DNA of 64,000 nt from the NCBI GenBank assembly GCA_048266825.1, contig JBLWYP010000007.1, forward strand, positions 89,983 to 153,982, given 5' to 3'. This document shows, in pieces, positions 48,254-57,214 of this stretch (position 1 is its first letter; every line of letters begins with the position of its first letter). The notes beneath the pieces were generated by a model. It ran no database searches. It had not been told where the DNA came from and worked only from the letters and a program-made list of their open reading frames with translations. The translations under genes were made by a program, and so were the position numbers. This DNA is from Bacteriovoracaceae bacterium. Its GTDB lineage: Bacteria; Bdellovibrionota; Bacteriovoracia; Bacteriovoracales; Bacteriovoracaceae.

Positions 48254-49012
48254 ATGAGGTATGAAATGAACTCTAGGTTATTGAAATTATGTAATTTTGT
48301 TCTATTTGGATTGATGAGTGCATCAATCTTTGCAACTACATTTATCGAAACACCTGTATCTAGCCGTTTAGAAGTGGCCACAGGAGTAATTAGAGGAAAT
48401 TTCATCGGTTCAACTTATAAAAAGAATCCTATGGGACGAGTTGTGACAGAAGCAACCTTTCAAGTAACACAGGCTTCAGGTATTGAGCCCCACCAAATGA
48501 TTAATAGAAATACTTTCAAAGTGAGCTTTCCTGGTGGAGAGTGGAATGGAATGACTTATAAAGTAAGTGGAACTCCTCAATTTAAAAAGGGAGAGGATGT
48601 TGTACTTATGGTTACTAAAGGTAAATTCGGATTTATTCTTCCTGATCTAACCCTGTCTAAATTTAGTGTGTATAAAAAAGAGGGAAGTGAAGTTTTAGTT
48701 TCCAGTATTTTTTCAGAAAAAAATGGTGTGGGTAAAATCACATTAACTGAATTTAATGAGCTCGCGAATCATCGATTTGGAACTCCACTTGTTAGCTTTA
48801 ATTCAGATACTCATATTCATATAGCGCAGAATAAAAAACATGTCGCTGCAACTTCAATCATAAATGACTATAAGGCACGTGATACGCGGGCCCGAACACC
48901 TTCTAGTATTCAAGATGAAGCTGATGATAGTATTCCCATTATCTGGTTTGTTTTGGCCCTTGGTTTACTAGGTTTTCTATCTAATTTTCTATTGAGAGGA
49001 AGAAGAGAGTGA
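48254..49012 (+). CDS. Secreted hypothetical protein with C-terminal TM plus basic tail
   Basis: 252 aa. Signal peptide (LCNFVLFGLMSASIFA), beta-rich body, C-terminus DDSIPIIWFVLALGLLGFLSNFLLRGRRE. Confidence 0.55.
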   Translation: MRYEMNSRLLKLCNFVLFGLMSASIFATTFIETPVSSRLEVATGVIRGNFIGSTYKKNPMGRVVTEATFQVTQASGIEPHQMINRNTFKVSFPGGEWNGMTYKVSGTPQFKKGEDVVLMVTKGKFGFILPDLTLSKFSVYKKEGSEVLVSSIFSEKNGVGKITLTEFNELANHRFGTPLVSFNSDTHIHIAQNKKHVAATSIINDYKARDTRARTPSSIQDEADDSIPIIWFVLALGLLGFLSNFLLRGRRE

Positions 49013-50775
49013 TATCTAAGAAAGCACTCCTTTATATTTTCATAATCTTTCTTTGTATTCAAAAGACACAGGCTTTCGTTCATCAAAAAACAGTCGATGG
49101 TGAGAGCTTTGCATGGGCCGGTGCGAATACAGACAATGTCTTTATTTATGTAAATGGAGATAATTCTTCAGGAATTGATACTGCTGATATCGTAAGTCGA
49201 ACTCTAGATTCTTCGAATGAGTGGAATCAAACTGGGGGCCCCAATATTATAGTTCGCTCTACTGCCACCGCAGCGAGAGATGCTCGTAATGATGTTTATT
49301 TTACAAATGATAGTTCTATATTCTCGGGATCTTCTGTTTTAGCAGTTACGCAAAGTGTATATAATTCATCCACTGGTAGAATTATAGAATCAGACATTCT
49401 AATTAAAGACACCGTCCTTTATAGCAATTCCAGTTCAGCAGACCTCTATATTGGTGATCTTATTTCACATGAGATGGGTCACCTTATTGGTCTTGATCAT
49501 TCTACAATGCCATTTTCTACTATGTTTTATAAGCTCATTCGCGGACAGCATTCCATATCTTTTGATGATTTCATTGGAAAGGAGTCACTTTATCAACAAA
49601 GTGGATATAACGGAAAAATATCAGGAATAATTGCAGGCGGCTCAGATAAAATAAAAGTATTTGGAGCAGACGTAAAATTGATATCAAGTAATTCAGGAAA
49701 AGTTATAGCATCAACATTATCGCAAGAAGATGGTAGCTATGAATTCGATGGTATTCCCCTTGATGATGTCTATTATATTTATATTGCTCCCTTTAAAGCG
49801 ATCGATACAGTTTCAAAATATTATCAAACAGTTAAGTCAGACTTTTGTAGCAGTTATGAGGACTTTAGAGGTTCTTTTTATCAATCATGTGGAAATTCAA
49901 GAAAAGGTTATCCTGTAGGAATAGAATTAAGTAACAGTAAAAAAGAAGTGGATACAGGAATTATAACCATTAAATGTGGCCTAGATGTTCCAACAGATTA
50001 TATGTCCAAAAGAGGGATAGCAGCATTTGAATTAGATGATAATGAATCAAAGAAAGGAGACTCATTTGTAGGATTCTTTTCAAAAAATGATGTGACCACT
50101 CAAAACTATGATGAAATTTATGTTGATCTAAGTGATGTGGATACGAGTGATGGTAATTATTATTTAGATCTAAGGGTGATCGCTCAAGAATTCTATTCTC
50201 GTGTTGCCTATGAGCTAGAAGTAACTTCTGGATCAGGTATTTACAATTATAGCTACAGTGTAACTACTGATGGTACGGCCAATTTAAATCTAAAAGGGCA
50301 AGTTCCTCTTAGTAGTAGTGATCCCGCATTGAATGTATTTACTATAAAAGTCATTCCACAAGACTTTGATGAATTTAAAGATCAAACAAGCTTAAGTTCA
50401 GAATCATTATTCTTTCCAGACTTTCAAACCTTTGGGGATGATAAGTTCTTTTATCAATTTGTTTATTTCCTGAGTAAGGAAGATGCTAGTGGCGAAGTTA
50501 AATTAGAAGGTCACTATGAATATATTGCCGAGGGTGGAAACGCTCGGTGTATGGATGCGCAAGAGACGTATAGCGTTAAGTCGGCAGGATCTGTAACAGG
50601 AATAACCAATTCATCAAGCCGTTCAAATCAAGAAAGCGGCGCTTTAGCATGTGGCAGTGTGGCAATGATGAATGATAATGATGGTCCTGGTGGTGGAAAT
50701 GGTCCAATGACCGTACTGGTGGGCTTCTTATTAACCTATCTTTTAAGTTCGTTAAAATATCGCATTCGCGAATAA
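49009..50775 (+). CDS. Secreted metzincin-type zinc metalloprotease with C-terminal TM plus basic tail
   Basis: 588 aa. GTG start overlaps the upstream stop (GTGA). Signal peptide, zinc motif HEMGHLIGLDH with a downstream Met-turn-like STMFY, CarboxypepD_reg-like segment, C-terminus GGGNGPMTVLVGFLLTYLLSSLKYRIRE. Confidence 0.8.
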   Translation: MISKKALLYIFIIFLCIQKTQAFVHQKTVDGESFAWAGANTDNVFIYVNGDNSSGIDTADIVSRTLDSSNEWNQTGGPNIIVRSTATAARDARNDVYFTNDSSIFSGSSVLAVTQSVYNSSTGRIIESDILIKDTVLYSNSSSADLYIGDLISHEMGHLIGLDHSTMPFSTMFYKLIRGQHSISFDDFIGKESLYQQSGYNGKISGIIAGGSDKIKVFGADVKLISSNSGKVIASTLSQEDGSYEFDGIPLDDVYYIYIAPFKAIDTVSKYYQTVKSDFCSSYEDFRGSFYQSCGNSRKGYPVGIELSNSKKEVDTGIITIKCGLDVPTDYMSKRGIAAFELDDNESKKGDSFVGFFSKNDVTTQNYDEIYVDLSDVDTSDGNYYLDLRVIAQEFYSRVAYELEVTSGSGIYNYSYSVTTDGTANLNLKGQVPLSSSDPALNVFTIKVIPQDFDEFKDQTSLSSESLFFPDFQTFGDDKFFYQFVYFLSKEDASGEVKLEGHYEYIAEGGNARCMDAQETYSVKSAGSVTGITNSSSRSNQESGALACGSVAMMNDNDGPGGGNGPMTVLVGFLLTYLLSSLKYRIRE

Positions 50776-50870
50776 ATCTCAGCTTTCTCTTTAAAGAAAA
50801 CCTTAGTCAGTAGAGTATAAAAATAGTTTTTTGTATTCAAATTCTCTATATTTCTAGTATTCTTAAGAGG

Positions 50871-51359
50871 ATGAAATATATAAAGAACATATTCTTATTT
50901 GTAATTACTACGCTTCTCCTGTCATCTTCTGTGTCAGCACAAAATTTGCTTCAAGAGAGAATTAGAAGAATTTCCCCTCGTAAGCGATCTATTTATTTAG
51001 ATACTGGGATTTTCCATAATGGTGGTCCAAAGATTAACTCTAAACTCAAGGCCGTGCGCCATAGTTATGTGGCCAAAAGAGGCTATGAAAGAGTTGTTTT
51101 TGATTTTGCAACAAATGAACTTCCAAGAGTATATGGCTACATTTCTCGTAGTGAGAATAAGCTATTTCTCGATCTTTTTGAAACAGATGTTCCTGCAAGC
51201 TTAACTTCCTTTGGAGATAGTAAGTACGTAAAGGAATTGCTCTTCTTTCCCATCCAAAAAGATACACTCTCAGTTGAAGTCGTCTTTAAATCTAATGTAA
51301 CTCTTGATGTTTTCTATCTTTCTAACCCTGGTAGGTTAGTTATAGATATCAAGAAATAG
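50871..51359 (+). CDS. Secreted stand-alone AMIN-domain-like protein
   Basis: 162 aa. Signal peptide, then YERVVFDFATNELPRVYGY...KLFLDLFETDV...NPGRLVIDIKK, resembling the AMIN domains of PilQ and AmiC. Confidence 0.55.
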   Translation: MKYIKNIFLFVITTLLLSSSVSAQNLLQERIRRISPRKRSIYLDTGIFHNGGPKINSKLKAVRHSYVAKRGYERVVFDFATNELPRVYGYISRSENKLFLDLFETDVPASLTSFGDSKYVKELLFFPIQKDTLSVEVVFKSNVTLDVFYLSNPGRLVIDIKK

Positions 51360-51406
51360 AAAACCTCATTTAAAAAACACTATTGAAGCCCTAAAGGGAG
51401 TTGAAA

Positions 51407-53890
51407 ATGTCAGATATCGAAAACGAATATCAAGTTCAGATTAAACCTAACCAAGATACTAACCTCACTCTTCCAGAAGAAGTTGTCATTATTCCTATTA
51501 TGAATAGTCCAATTTTTCCCGGGATGATCGCACCTATTATTCTTTCTGAGGATAAGTTTACTCCTGAATTAGATGACTATCTTATGAAGACGGGCTTTGT
51601 TGCTTTAAACCTCGTTAAGTCCGATCTAAAAGATGAAAATGGCGATTTTGTTCCAGAAGAAGAAATCGATCTTGATCAAAGAGTGATTAAGTCCAAAGAT
51701 ATTTATAAAGTAGGTGTACTTTGTAAGGTTGTTAAAAAATTAAAGCTTCCAGATGGTTCTGTGAATGTTCTTGTTCATGGAGTGAAGAGGTATAGAGCTT
51801 CAAACTTTATTTCGGAAAGACCATTGATCAAAGCAGACTTTGAAGTCTTTGATGATATTTTAGAAACAGATGAAGAGCTTGACGCCTATACTCGATCGGT
51901 TATTAATCAAGTTAAGAAACTCAGTGAGATTAATCCTTATTTTAATGAAGAGATGAAGCTTGCTATGTTGAATTCACCTTCACCAGGTGCTCTTGCTGAT
52001 CTTGTGGCCTTCGCTATTTCACTTGATATTCCAGAAGCCCAAGATTTCTTAGAAACTCTTGTTGTTAAGAAAAGGTTTGCCAAACTTCTTGTATACTTAA
52101 GAAGAGAAAAAGATGTCGCTGATATTCAAAAGAAAATTTCTGATGAAGTGAACGACAAAGTTAATAAATATCAAAGAGAGTATTTCCTTCGTGAGCAGCT
52201 TAAAGTTATTCGTTCAGAACTTGGAATGGAAGATGATGAGAAGTCACGTGATATTAAACTCTTTGCTGAAAAAATTGAAAAACTAAATCTTCCCGAAGAA
52301 GCCGCCAAGTCTGCTGCTGAAGAACTAGAGCGCTTGGAAGTAATTCCTGATAGTAGTCCTGAGTACAACGTAACAAGAACATATTTAAACTGGATGTGTG
52401 ATCTACCTTGGTCGGAATCAACGCCAGAAAATATCGAAATGGATAAGGCCCGTAAGATTCTTGAAAAAGATCACTACGGTTTGGAAAAAGCAAAAGAAAG
52501 AATTCTTGAATTCTTGGCCGTAAGAAAGCTTAAGCCAGAATATGATGGAACGATTCTTTGCCTCATGGGACCTCCTGGTGTTGGTAAAACTTCACTTGGA
52601 AAAAGTATCGCTGAATCTCTTGGACGTAAATTCTATAGATTTTCTCTTGGTGGTATGAGAGATGAAGCTGAGATTAAAGGTCACAGAAGAACTTATGTTG
52701 GTGCGATGCCCGGTAAGATCCTTCAAGCCTTAAAGAGAGTAGAAGTAAATAATCCTGTTATCATGCTTGATGAGATTGATAAGCTTGGAAACTCATTTCA
52801 AGGAGATCCTGCTAGTGCTCTACTTGAAGTACTTGATCCTGAGCAAAATAGATCTTTTATCGATCATTACTTAGATATCCCTTTTGATTTATCTAAAGTT
52901 CTCTTTATTGCTACGGCCAATTACATAGGAAATATTCCTGCTCCTCTACTTGATAGAATGGAAGTGATTGAGCTTTCTGGATATACAATTGAAGAAAAAG
53001 TGATGATTGCAAATAAGTGGGTTATTCCAAAGCAATTAAAGAAGCATGGGCTTAGTCGTCAAGACTTTGCACTCTCTGTCGCCACGATGAAGGAGCTTAT
53101 CACTGATTATGCTCGTGAACCAGGTGTGAGGATGATGGAGCAGTTTATTGCTAAGCTTTGTAGAAAAGCGGCATTAATAAAAGTTTCTTCAAAACGTCAT
53201 AAGAAATTTACTCCCAAGGCCAATGAACTAGAAGATCACTTAGGTAGTGCTCGTTTTCAATCTGAAAGAGCTCAGAAGTCACTAAGTATCGGTGAAGTTA
53301 CAGGTCTTGCTTGGACTTCATATGGAGGAGAAATTCTCTTTATTGAAACTATACCTTTACGAGGGAAAGGAACATTCAAGCTTACCGGTCAAATGGGAAG
53401 TGTGATGAATGAGTCTGCCAACATTGCTTATAGTTATGTAAAAAGTCTTTTAGAAGTCGACTTAGAAAAAGTAGAAGCTAAGAAGAAGAAAACAAAAGGC
53501 GATAAAGAAACTGAGCAAGCAGTAGACTTCCTCTCTAAGCATGAGGTCCACCTTCACTTACCAGCCGGAGCAACTCCAAAAGACGGACCTAGTGCAGGTA
53601 TTACCATGGCCCTTGCTCTTTACAGCTTGGCCATCAATACAAAGATTAAACATGGCCTGGCCATGACAGGTGAATTGAGCCTTACGGGTAAAGTTCTTCC
53701 TGTTGGTGGGATTAAAGAGAAAGTTCTCGCAGCAAAAAGAGCAGGAATGAAAGAAATCATGCTCCCTAAAGCTAATGAGAAAGATCTTAAAGAGGTTCCT
53801 GAAAGACATAGAAAAGGATTGAAGTTTCACCCCGTTTCTCACTTTGATGAGGCCCTAAAGATTGCTCTTCCTCGCCATAAAAGACCTTAA
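51407..53890 (+). CDS. lon: ATP-dependent Lon protease
   Basis: ATG 51407 preferred over TTG 51401 (RBS AAGGGAG at 51394-51400). Walker A GPPGVGKTS, IMLDEIDK, and the catalytic Ser context PKDGPSAGITMALAL. Confidence 0.96.
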   Translation: MSDIENEYQVQIKPNQDTNLTLPEEVVIIPIMNSPIFPGMIAPIILSEDKFTPELDDYLMKTGFVALNLVKSDLKDENGDFVPEEEIDLDQRVIKSKDIYKVGVLCKVVKKLKLPDGSVNVLVHGVKRYRASNFISERPLIKADFEVFDDILETDEELDAYTRSVINQVKKLSEINPYFNEEMKLAMLNSPSPGALADLVAFAISLDIPEAQDFLETLVVKKRFAKLLVYLRREKDVADIQKKISDEVNDKVNKYQREYFLREQLKVIRSELGMEDDEKSRDIKLFAEKIEKLNLPEEAAKSAAEELERLEVIPDSSPEYNVTRTYLNWMCDLPWSESTPENIEMDKARKILEKDHYGLEKAKERILEFLAVRKLKPEYDGTILCLMGPPGVGKTSLGKSIAESLGRKFYRFSLGGMRDEAEIKGHRRTYVGAMPGKILQALKRVEVNNPVIMLDEIDKLGNSFQGDPASALLEVLDPEQNRSFIDHYLDIPFDLSKVLFIATANYIGNIPAPLLDRMEVIELSGYTIEEKVMIANKWVIPKQLKKHGLSRQDFALSVATMKELITDYAREPGVRMMEQFIAKLCRKAALIKVSSKRHKKFTPKANELEDHLGSARFQSERAQKSLSIGEVTGLAWTSYGGEILFIETIPLRGKGTFKLTGQMGSVMNESANIAYSYVKSLLEVDLEKVEAKKKKTKGDKETEQAVDFLSKHEVHLHLPAGATPKDGPSAGITMALALYSLAINTKIKHGLAMTGELSLTGKVLPVGGIKEKVLAAKRAGMKEIMLPKANEKDLKEVPERHRKGLKFHPVSHFDEALKIALPRHKRP

Positions 53891-53918
53891 GCAGAATTGA
53901 AAATAATTTAAATAAAGA

Positions 53919-53947
53919 GGCCAATCTTATACGATTGGCCTTTTTTT
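53919..53947 (+). terminator. Rho-independent terminator of lon
   Basis: GGCCAATC (53919-53926), 6-nt loop, GATTGGCC (53933-53940), then a T7 run. Confidence 0.8.
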
Positions 53948-53960
53948 ATTATTGAGATAG

Positions 53961-53999
53961 ATAAAATAAAAAAGCCTTCCGATGGGAAGGCCTTTTTAT
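53961..53999 (-). terminator. Bidirectional hairpin, probable rpoZ terminator
   Basis: GCCTTCC (53974-53980), GATG loop, GGAAGGC (53985-53991). The flanking A-run on the + strand gives a T-run on the minus strand, and a T5 run also follows on the + strand. Confidence 0.7.
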
Positions 54000-54021
54000 A
54001 TTTTAATTTAAATAGTGTTTT

Positions 54022-54234
54022 CTAGAATTCGTCGTCGTCGTACTCAGCAACTTCAGTATGCTTAACTTTTCCAGCAGCGATTTCTCTAAGAGATGTTACG
54101 ATATCTTTGTTTTTACTCTTAACAAGACGATCTCCGCCTTCTTTGAGTTGCTTAACTCTCTTAACAGCAAGATGTACTAGTTCATAGCGATTTTCTACTT
54201 TTTCAAGGCAATCTTCAATGGTGATTCTGGCCAT
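54022..54234 (-). CDS. rpoZ: DNA-directed RNA polymerase subunit omega
   Basis: 70 aa. [38 protein letters not shown] upstream. Confidence 0.93.
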   Translation of the reverse strand: MARITIEDCLEKVENRYELVHLAVKRVKQLKEGGDRLVKSKNKDIVTSLREIAAGKVKHTEVAEYDDDEF

Positions 54235-54268
54235 TATGGAACTCCTAAATTGTTTTGACTAACTCCCA

Positions 54269-54297
54269 TAAATAAGCGATTCGACATGGATTGTCAA
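54269..54297 (-). promoter_or_regulatory. Candidate sigma70-type promoter of rpoZ
   Basis: Minus strand reads TTGACA (complement of 54292-54297), a 17-nt spacer, then TATTTA (complement of 54269-54274). Confidence 0.4.
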
Positions 54298-54327
54298 CTT
54301 TGGGTGTCTCTTTCCTAGTAATTATCG

Positions 54328-56106
54328 CTAGGAGTTGTACATTGAGTCAATTGTGGGACTAAACTTATTAAAGATGCGAGACTTTTTCAATTTACCCGAA
54401 GCTGTTGTGAATTGACGGTTATCCGTTAAATCAATAGGCAGAATTCTGAAATGGCGAATTTGCTCAAATTGAGGAAGTTTTCTATTTACTTCATCAATTT
54501 CCATCTGAATCAAGTCCTGGATTCCTGGGCGAGAGGAGAGTTCCTCAACAGATAGGTGTGACTTTAAAAGACCAGTTTCAAAGAGTTCTTTGAAGTCTTC
54601 CTTGCGAATACCGACGAGACCACAAAGATACTTCTTTTGATCACCGACAACCATAAAGTTTGCAATATGAGGCCTCTCGCACATGAGAACTTCGATCTTC
54701 TGAGGAGCAACATTCTTCCCCCCAGAAGTTATAATAAGGTCTTTTTTGCGATCGGTTATATAGAGATAGTTTTGTTCATCTATGTAACCAATATCTCCAG
54801 TTTTGAAAAAGCCGTCTTTTGTAAATTCTGCATCGTCATAATTACCTGAGAGGTATTGAGAAAATATAGAAGGAGTATTAACTAATATTTCACCGTCTTG
54901 ATCAATTTTAATTTCAGTATTGGGAAGAGCTACTCCTACGCTTCCTGCAATGGGCTGCTCGAAAGGATTGAAAGTAGTTGGTCCCATTGTTTCTGTTAAT
55001 CCGTATCCTTCTAAAATGGGAATGCCTAGGTCTTGAAAGAAGTAGAATAGGCTTTTGGATAGAGGTGCACCACCGGAAACAATAAATCTAATATTGGGAG
55101 AGAGTTGATCTTTAATGGGTTTAAAGAAAAACTTTTGAGAGTAGATATAGGCCTTTTTCTCTAAAGTGCTAGGGGTTTCACCATGAGCCACTTTGTGATG
55201 GTAGTTCTTTGAGATAGAGCGATTAATTTCAAAGAGTTTTTTAAAAGCGATACCTTTAGAATTAATAATATTATCCATGCGTTCTTTAATTTTTTCTAAG
55301 ATACGAGGAACAGTAATAAAGAAGCTTGGCTTTGTTTGAGAAAGATCTGAAATAAAGGACTGTGTGCCGTTTCCAAAAAAGACATGCGAGGGCAGAGCTA
55401 GATGAAGTAGTGAATCACATCGACCTAATATATGAGATAGAGGAAGATGAGATATTGAACAGTCTGTAGAAATGATTTTACCTTGCATGAAGATGGAAAT
55501 ATTTTCTAAGAAAGAAGTAAGAGCCCTGTGAGTAAAAATCACGGCCTTTGAAATATCCGTCGTTCCCGAAGTATAAACGATAGTCGCGATATCTTCTGCA
55601 CTTGTGTATTCAATAATTTCATCGAAACTGGGCAGTTCTTTATTTTTAGATTGGGCCAAGATGTCAGACAAGAAAACAATATTCTTAGGAATGACAGTTG
55701 TATGAAGCTCTTCTTCAAATATGATAACTTGGTTAACTTTTGGCGTAATGTTGATGATATGGCCAAGCTGATGCCTATCTTGGCAAAAAAAGTATTTGGC
55801 CTCAGTACTTTCAATTAATTCTAAAACTTCAGACTCTATCGTATTGGGATAGATTGGTATCGAGACTGCACCCATCATCATTAACGAGAGGTCGGTCAGA
55901 TGCCACTCAATGGAATTTGAACCCATGATGGCGACTTTATCACCATATTTAATACCAAGTTCTTTAAAAGCTGAAATATAGGTCTTTAGCTCTTCCCCAT
56001 AATCAAAAAAATTGTAATGAAATAAGCGTCCCTTTCTACAGTGGCCAATGGCCATCTGCGAGGGACTTGAATCAATTTTATTTTTAAGAGTTTTAGCTAG
56101 ATTCAT
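54328..56106 (-). CDS. Long-chain acyl-CoA synthetase (AMP-forming ligase family)
   Basis: 592 aa. AMP-binding motifs YTSGTTDISKAV, EGYGLTET, FKTGDIGYIDE, SGGKNVAPQKIE. Confidence 0.88.
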   Translation of the reverse strand: MNLAKTLKNKIDSSPSQMAIGHCRKGRLFHYNFFDYGEELKTYISAFKELGIKYGDKVAIMGSNSIEWHLTDLSLMMMGAVSIPIYPNTIESEVLELIESTEAKYFFCQDRHQLGHIINITPKVNQVIIFEEELHTTVIPKNIVFLSDILAQSKNKELPSFDEIIEYTSAEDIATIVYTSGTTDISKAVIFTHRALTSFLENISIFMQGKIISTDCSISHLPLSHILGRCDSLLHLALPSHVFFGNGTQSFISDLSQTKPSFFITVPRILEKIKERMDNIINSKGIAFKKLFEINRSISKNYHHKVAHGETPSTLEKKAYIYSQKFFFKPIKDQLSPNIRFIVSGGAPLSKSLFYFFQDLGIPILEGYGLTETMGPTTFNPFEQPIAGSVGVALPNTEIKIDQDGEILVNTPSIFSQYLSGNYDDAEFTKDGFFKTGDIGYIDEQNYLYITDRKKDLIITSGGKNVAPQKIEVLMCERPHIANFMVVGDQKKYLCGLVGIRKEDFKELFETGLLKSHLSVEELSSRPGIQDLIQMEIDEVNRKLPQFEQIRHFRILPIDLTDNRQFTTASGKLKKSRIFNKFSPTIDSMYNS

Positions 56107-56130
56107 AATTTCAGATATTTAGAGGTCCTA

Positions 56131-56385
56131 ATGGAATGTATTGTTGTATCCTATTGTCTATCAAAGTCTGCTTGCGTTAATCAAGCTAAATATATATTCC
56201 ATTTTAAGGGCTTTTTTGCAGGAAAGAAGGTAAAACAAATTATAATTATTGATAAAGATGATGAATTCTTAATTGGAGGTGAATACCTACTTCACCTTAT
56301 TATAGATAAAGTTGATAAAAATACTTTGGTATGCCGCAGTATTCGAAGTCGGAGTCTAGATGCAATAAAAGCAGATTACTTTTGA
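56131..56385 (+). CDS. Small hypothetical protein (uncertain gene)
   Basis: 84-aa ORF with RBS-like AGAGG at 56121-56125. No family recognised. Lies only 24 nt from the divergent acyl-CoA ligase start. Confidence 0.3.
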   Translation: MECIVVSYCLSKSACVNQAKYIFHFKGFFAGKKVKQIIIIDKDDEFLIGGEYLLHLIIDKVDKNTLVCRSIRSRSLDAIKADYF

Positions 56386-56419
56386 GCTAAAGCCGTATGA
56401 ACTAATGAGGGAGTTCTCC

Positions 56420-56692
56420 ATGTCAGACAATAAAACAGAATTACTATCCGCTTACGATTTGGCCATGGGTGAACGTAAATTCCTCCACGACATTAGTAAT
56501 AAACTATTAGTGGTTCAAGGCATGTCTAAAAGCGTAATGAAGAAATACGATGAAAATCAATCTATCTCTGAAAAAGAAATTGCTAGGCTTACAAAGGTTA
56601 TTAAGGCTTCGGATGAAATGATAAAACTCTTATTAGAAAGAAGAGCAATTCTTCATGAGAATACAAAGCACTATGAGAAAGAAGAACTCTAG
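56420..56692 (+). CDS. Small protein resembling a stand-alone histidine-kinase DHp (HisKA-like) hairpin
   Basis: 90 aa from ATG 56420 (strong RBS GAGGGAG at 56407-56413). H-box-like KFLHDISNKLLVVQGM followed by a second helix (ISEKEIARLTKVIKASDEMIKLLLERRAIL). No ATPase domain. Confidence 0.5.
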   Translation: MSDNKTELLSAYDLAMGERKFLHDISNKLLVVQGMSKSVMKKYDENQSISEKEIARLTKVIKASDEMIKLLLERRAILHENTKHYEKEEL

Positions 56693-57090
56693 TCGATCTT
56701 TACTTCGACATGATCTCCAATCATAAAGGAAGGAATTTCGAAGTAGATATTTTCATCCTTCGTTTTAATTTCAGAAAGTTCAGCGATGGCCGAGTCATCT
56801 TCAGTATGAAGAACTTTTAGTTCACCAATCTTTACACGATAATTATAGCGCTTCTTGGTTTTATAGGGATCTAGACGGCTAATCACCCGATAGACATCAA
56901 GAACCGTTCCGTGATCTAGGCCTTGTTTACTACCCATATTTACGTAGAAGTTCTTGTTGATAACTTCATTTTCGTAACCCATAGGAAGGTCTTGAGCAAC
57001 AGAGTAGATGATATATTCTTTAGGAAATGCTCTAGAAGAGAATAGTCCAATTAAGATAAATAGTATTAAGCGCAGGTTGTTCGTTTTCAT
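56689..57090 (-). CDS. Secreted hypothetical protein
   Basis: Start set at ATG 57090 (MKTNNLRLILFILIGLFSSRAFP signal peptide; RBS AGAGGA). The ORF is open to 57165. No family recognised. Confidence 0.55.
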   Translation of the reverse strand: MKTNNLRLILFILIGLFSSRAFPKEYIIYSVAQDLPMGYENEVINKNFYVNMGSKQGLDHGTVLDVYRVISRLDPYKTKKRYNYRVKIGELKVLHTEDDSAIAELSEIKTKDENIYFEIPSFMIGDHVEVKID

Positions 57091-57175
57091 AAGTCCTCTT
57101 CTTTTGCAGGAAGCAAGTGGTACCTTTAAGTATTCATCGGTGTAGAGGGGCTTTGATTTAATCAATAGAAATACT

Positions 57176-57205
57176 CAGGGAAGAAAGCGGAAAGTTCTTC
57201 CCCTG
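57176..57205 (-). terminator. Strong intergenic stem-loop after the solute-binding protein gene (possible terminator or mRNA stabiliser)
   Basis: GGGAAGAA (57178-57185), 9-nt loop, TTCTTCCC (57195-57202), extendable by 2 bp across a 1-nt bulge. Only a weak U-rich tract follows on the minus strand. Confidence 0.4.
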
Positions 57206-57214
57206 TGGGTAGGC

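Noticed and set aside
57153-57165. TTGATT-t-AATCAA palindrome, and a similar TTGATT...AATCAA element at about 63775-63794, as a shared regulatory motif upstream of secreted-protein genes.
   Set aside because: The spacers differ (1 nt versus 8 nt), and 6-bp AT-rich arms are expected by chance in this composition.
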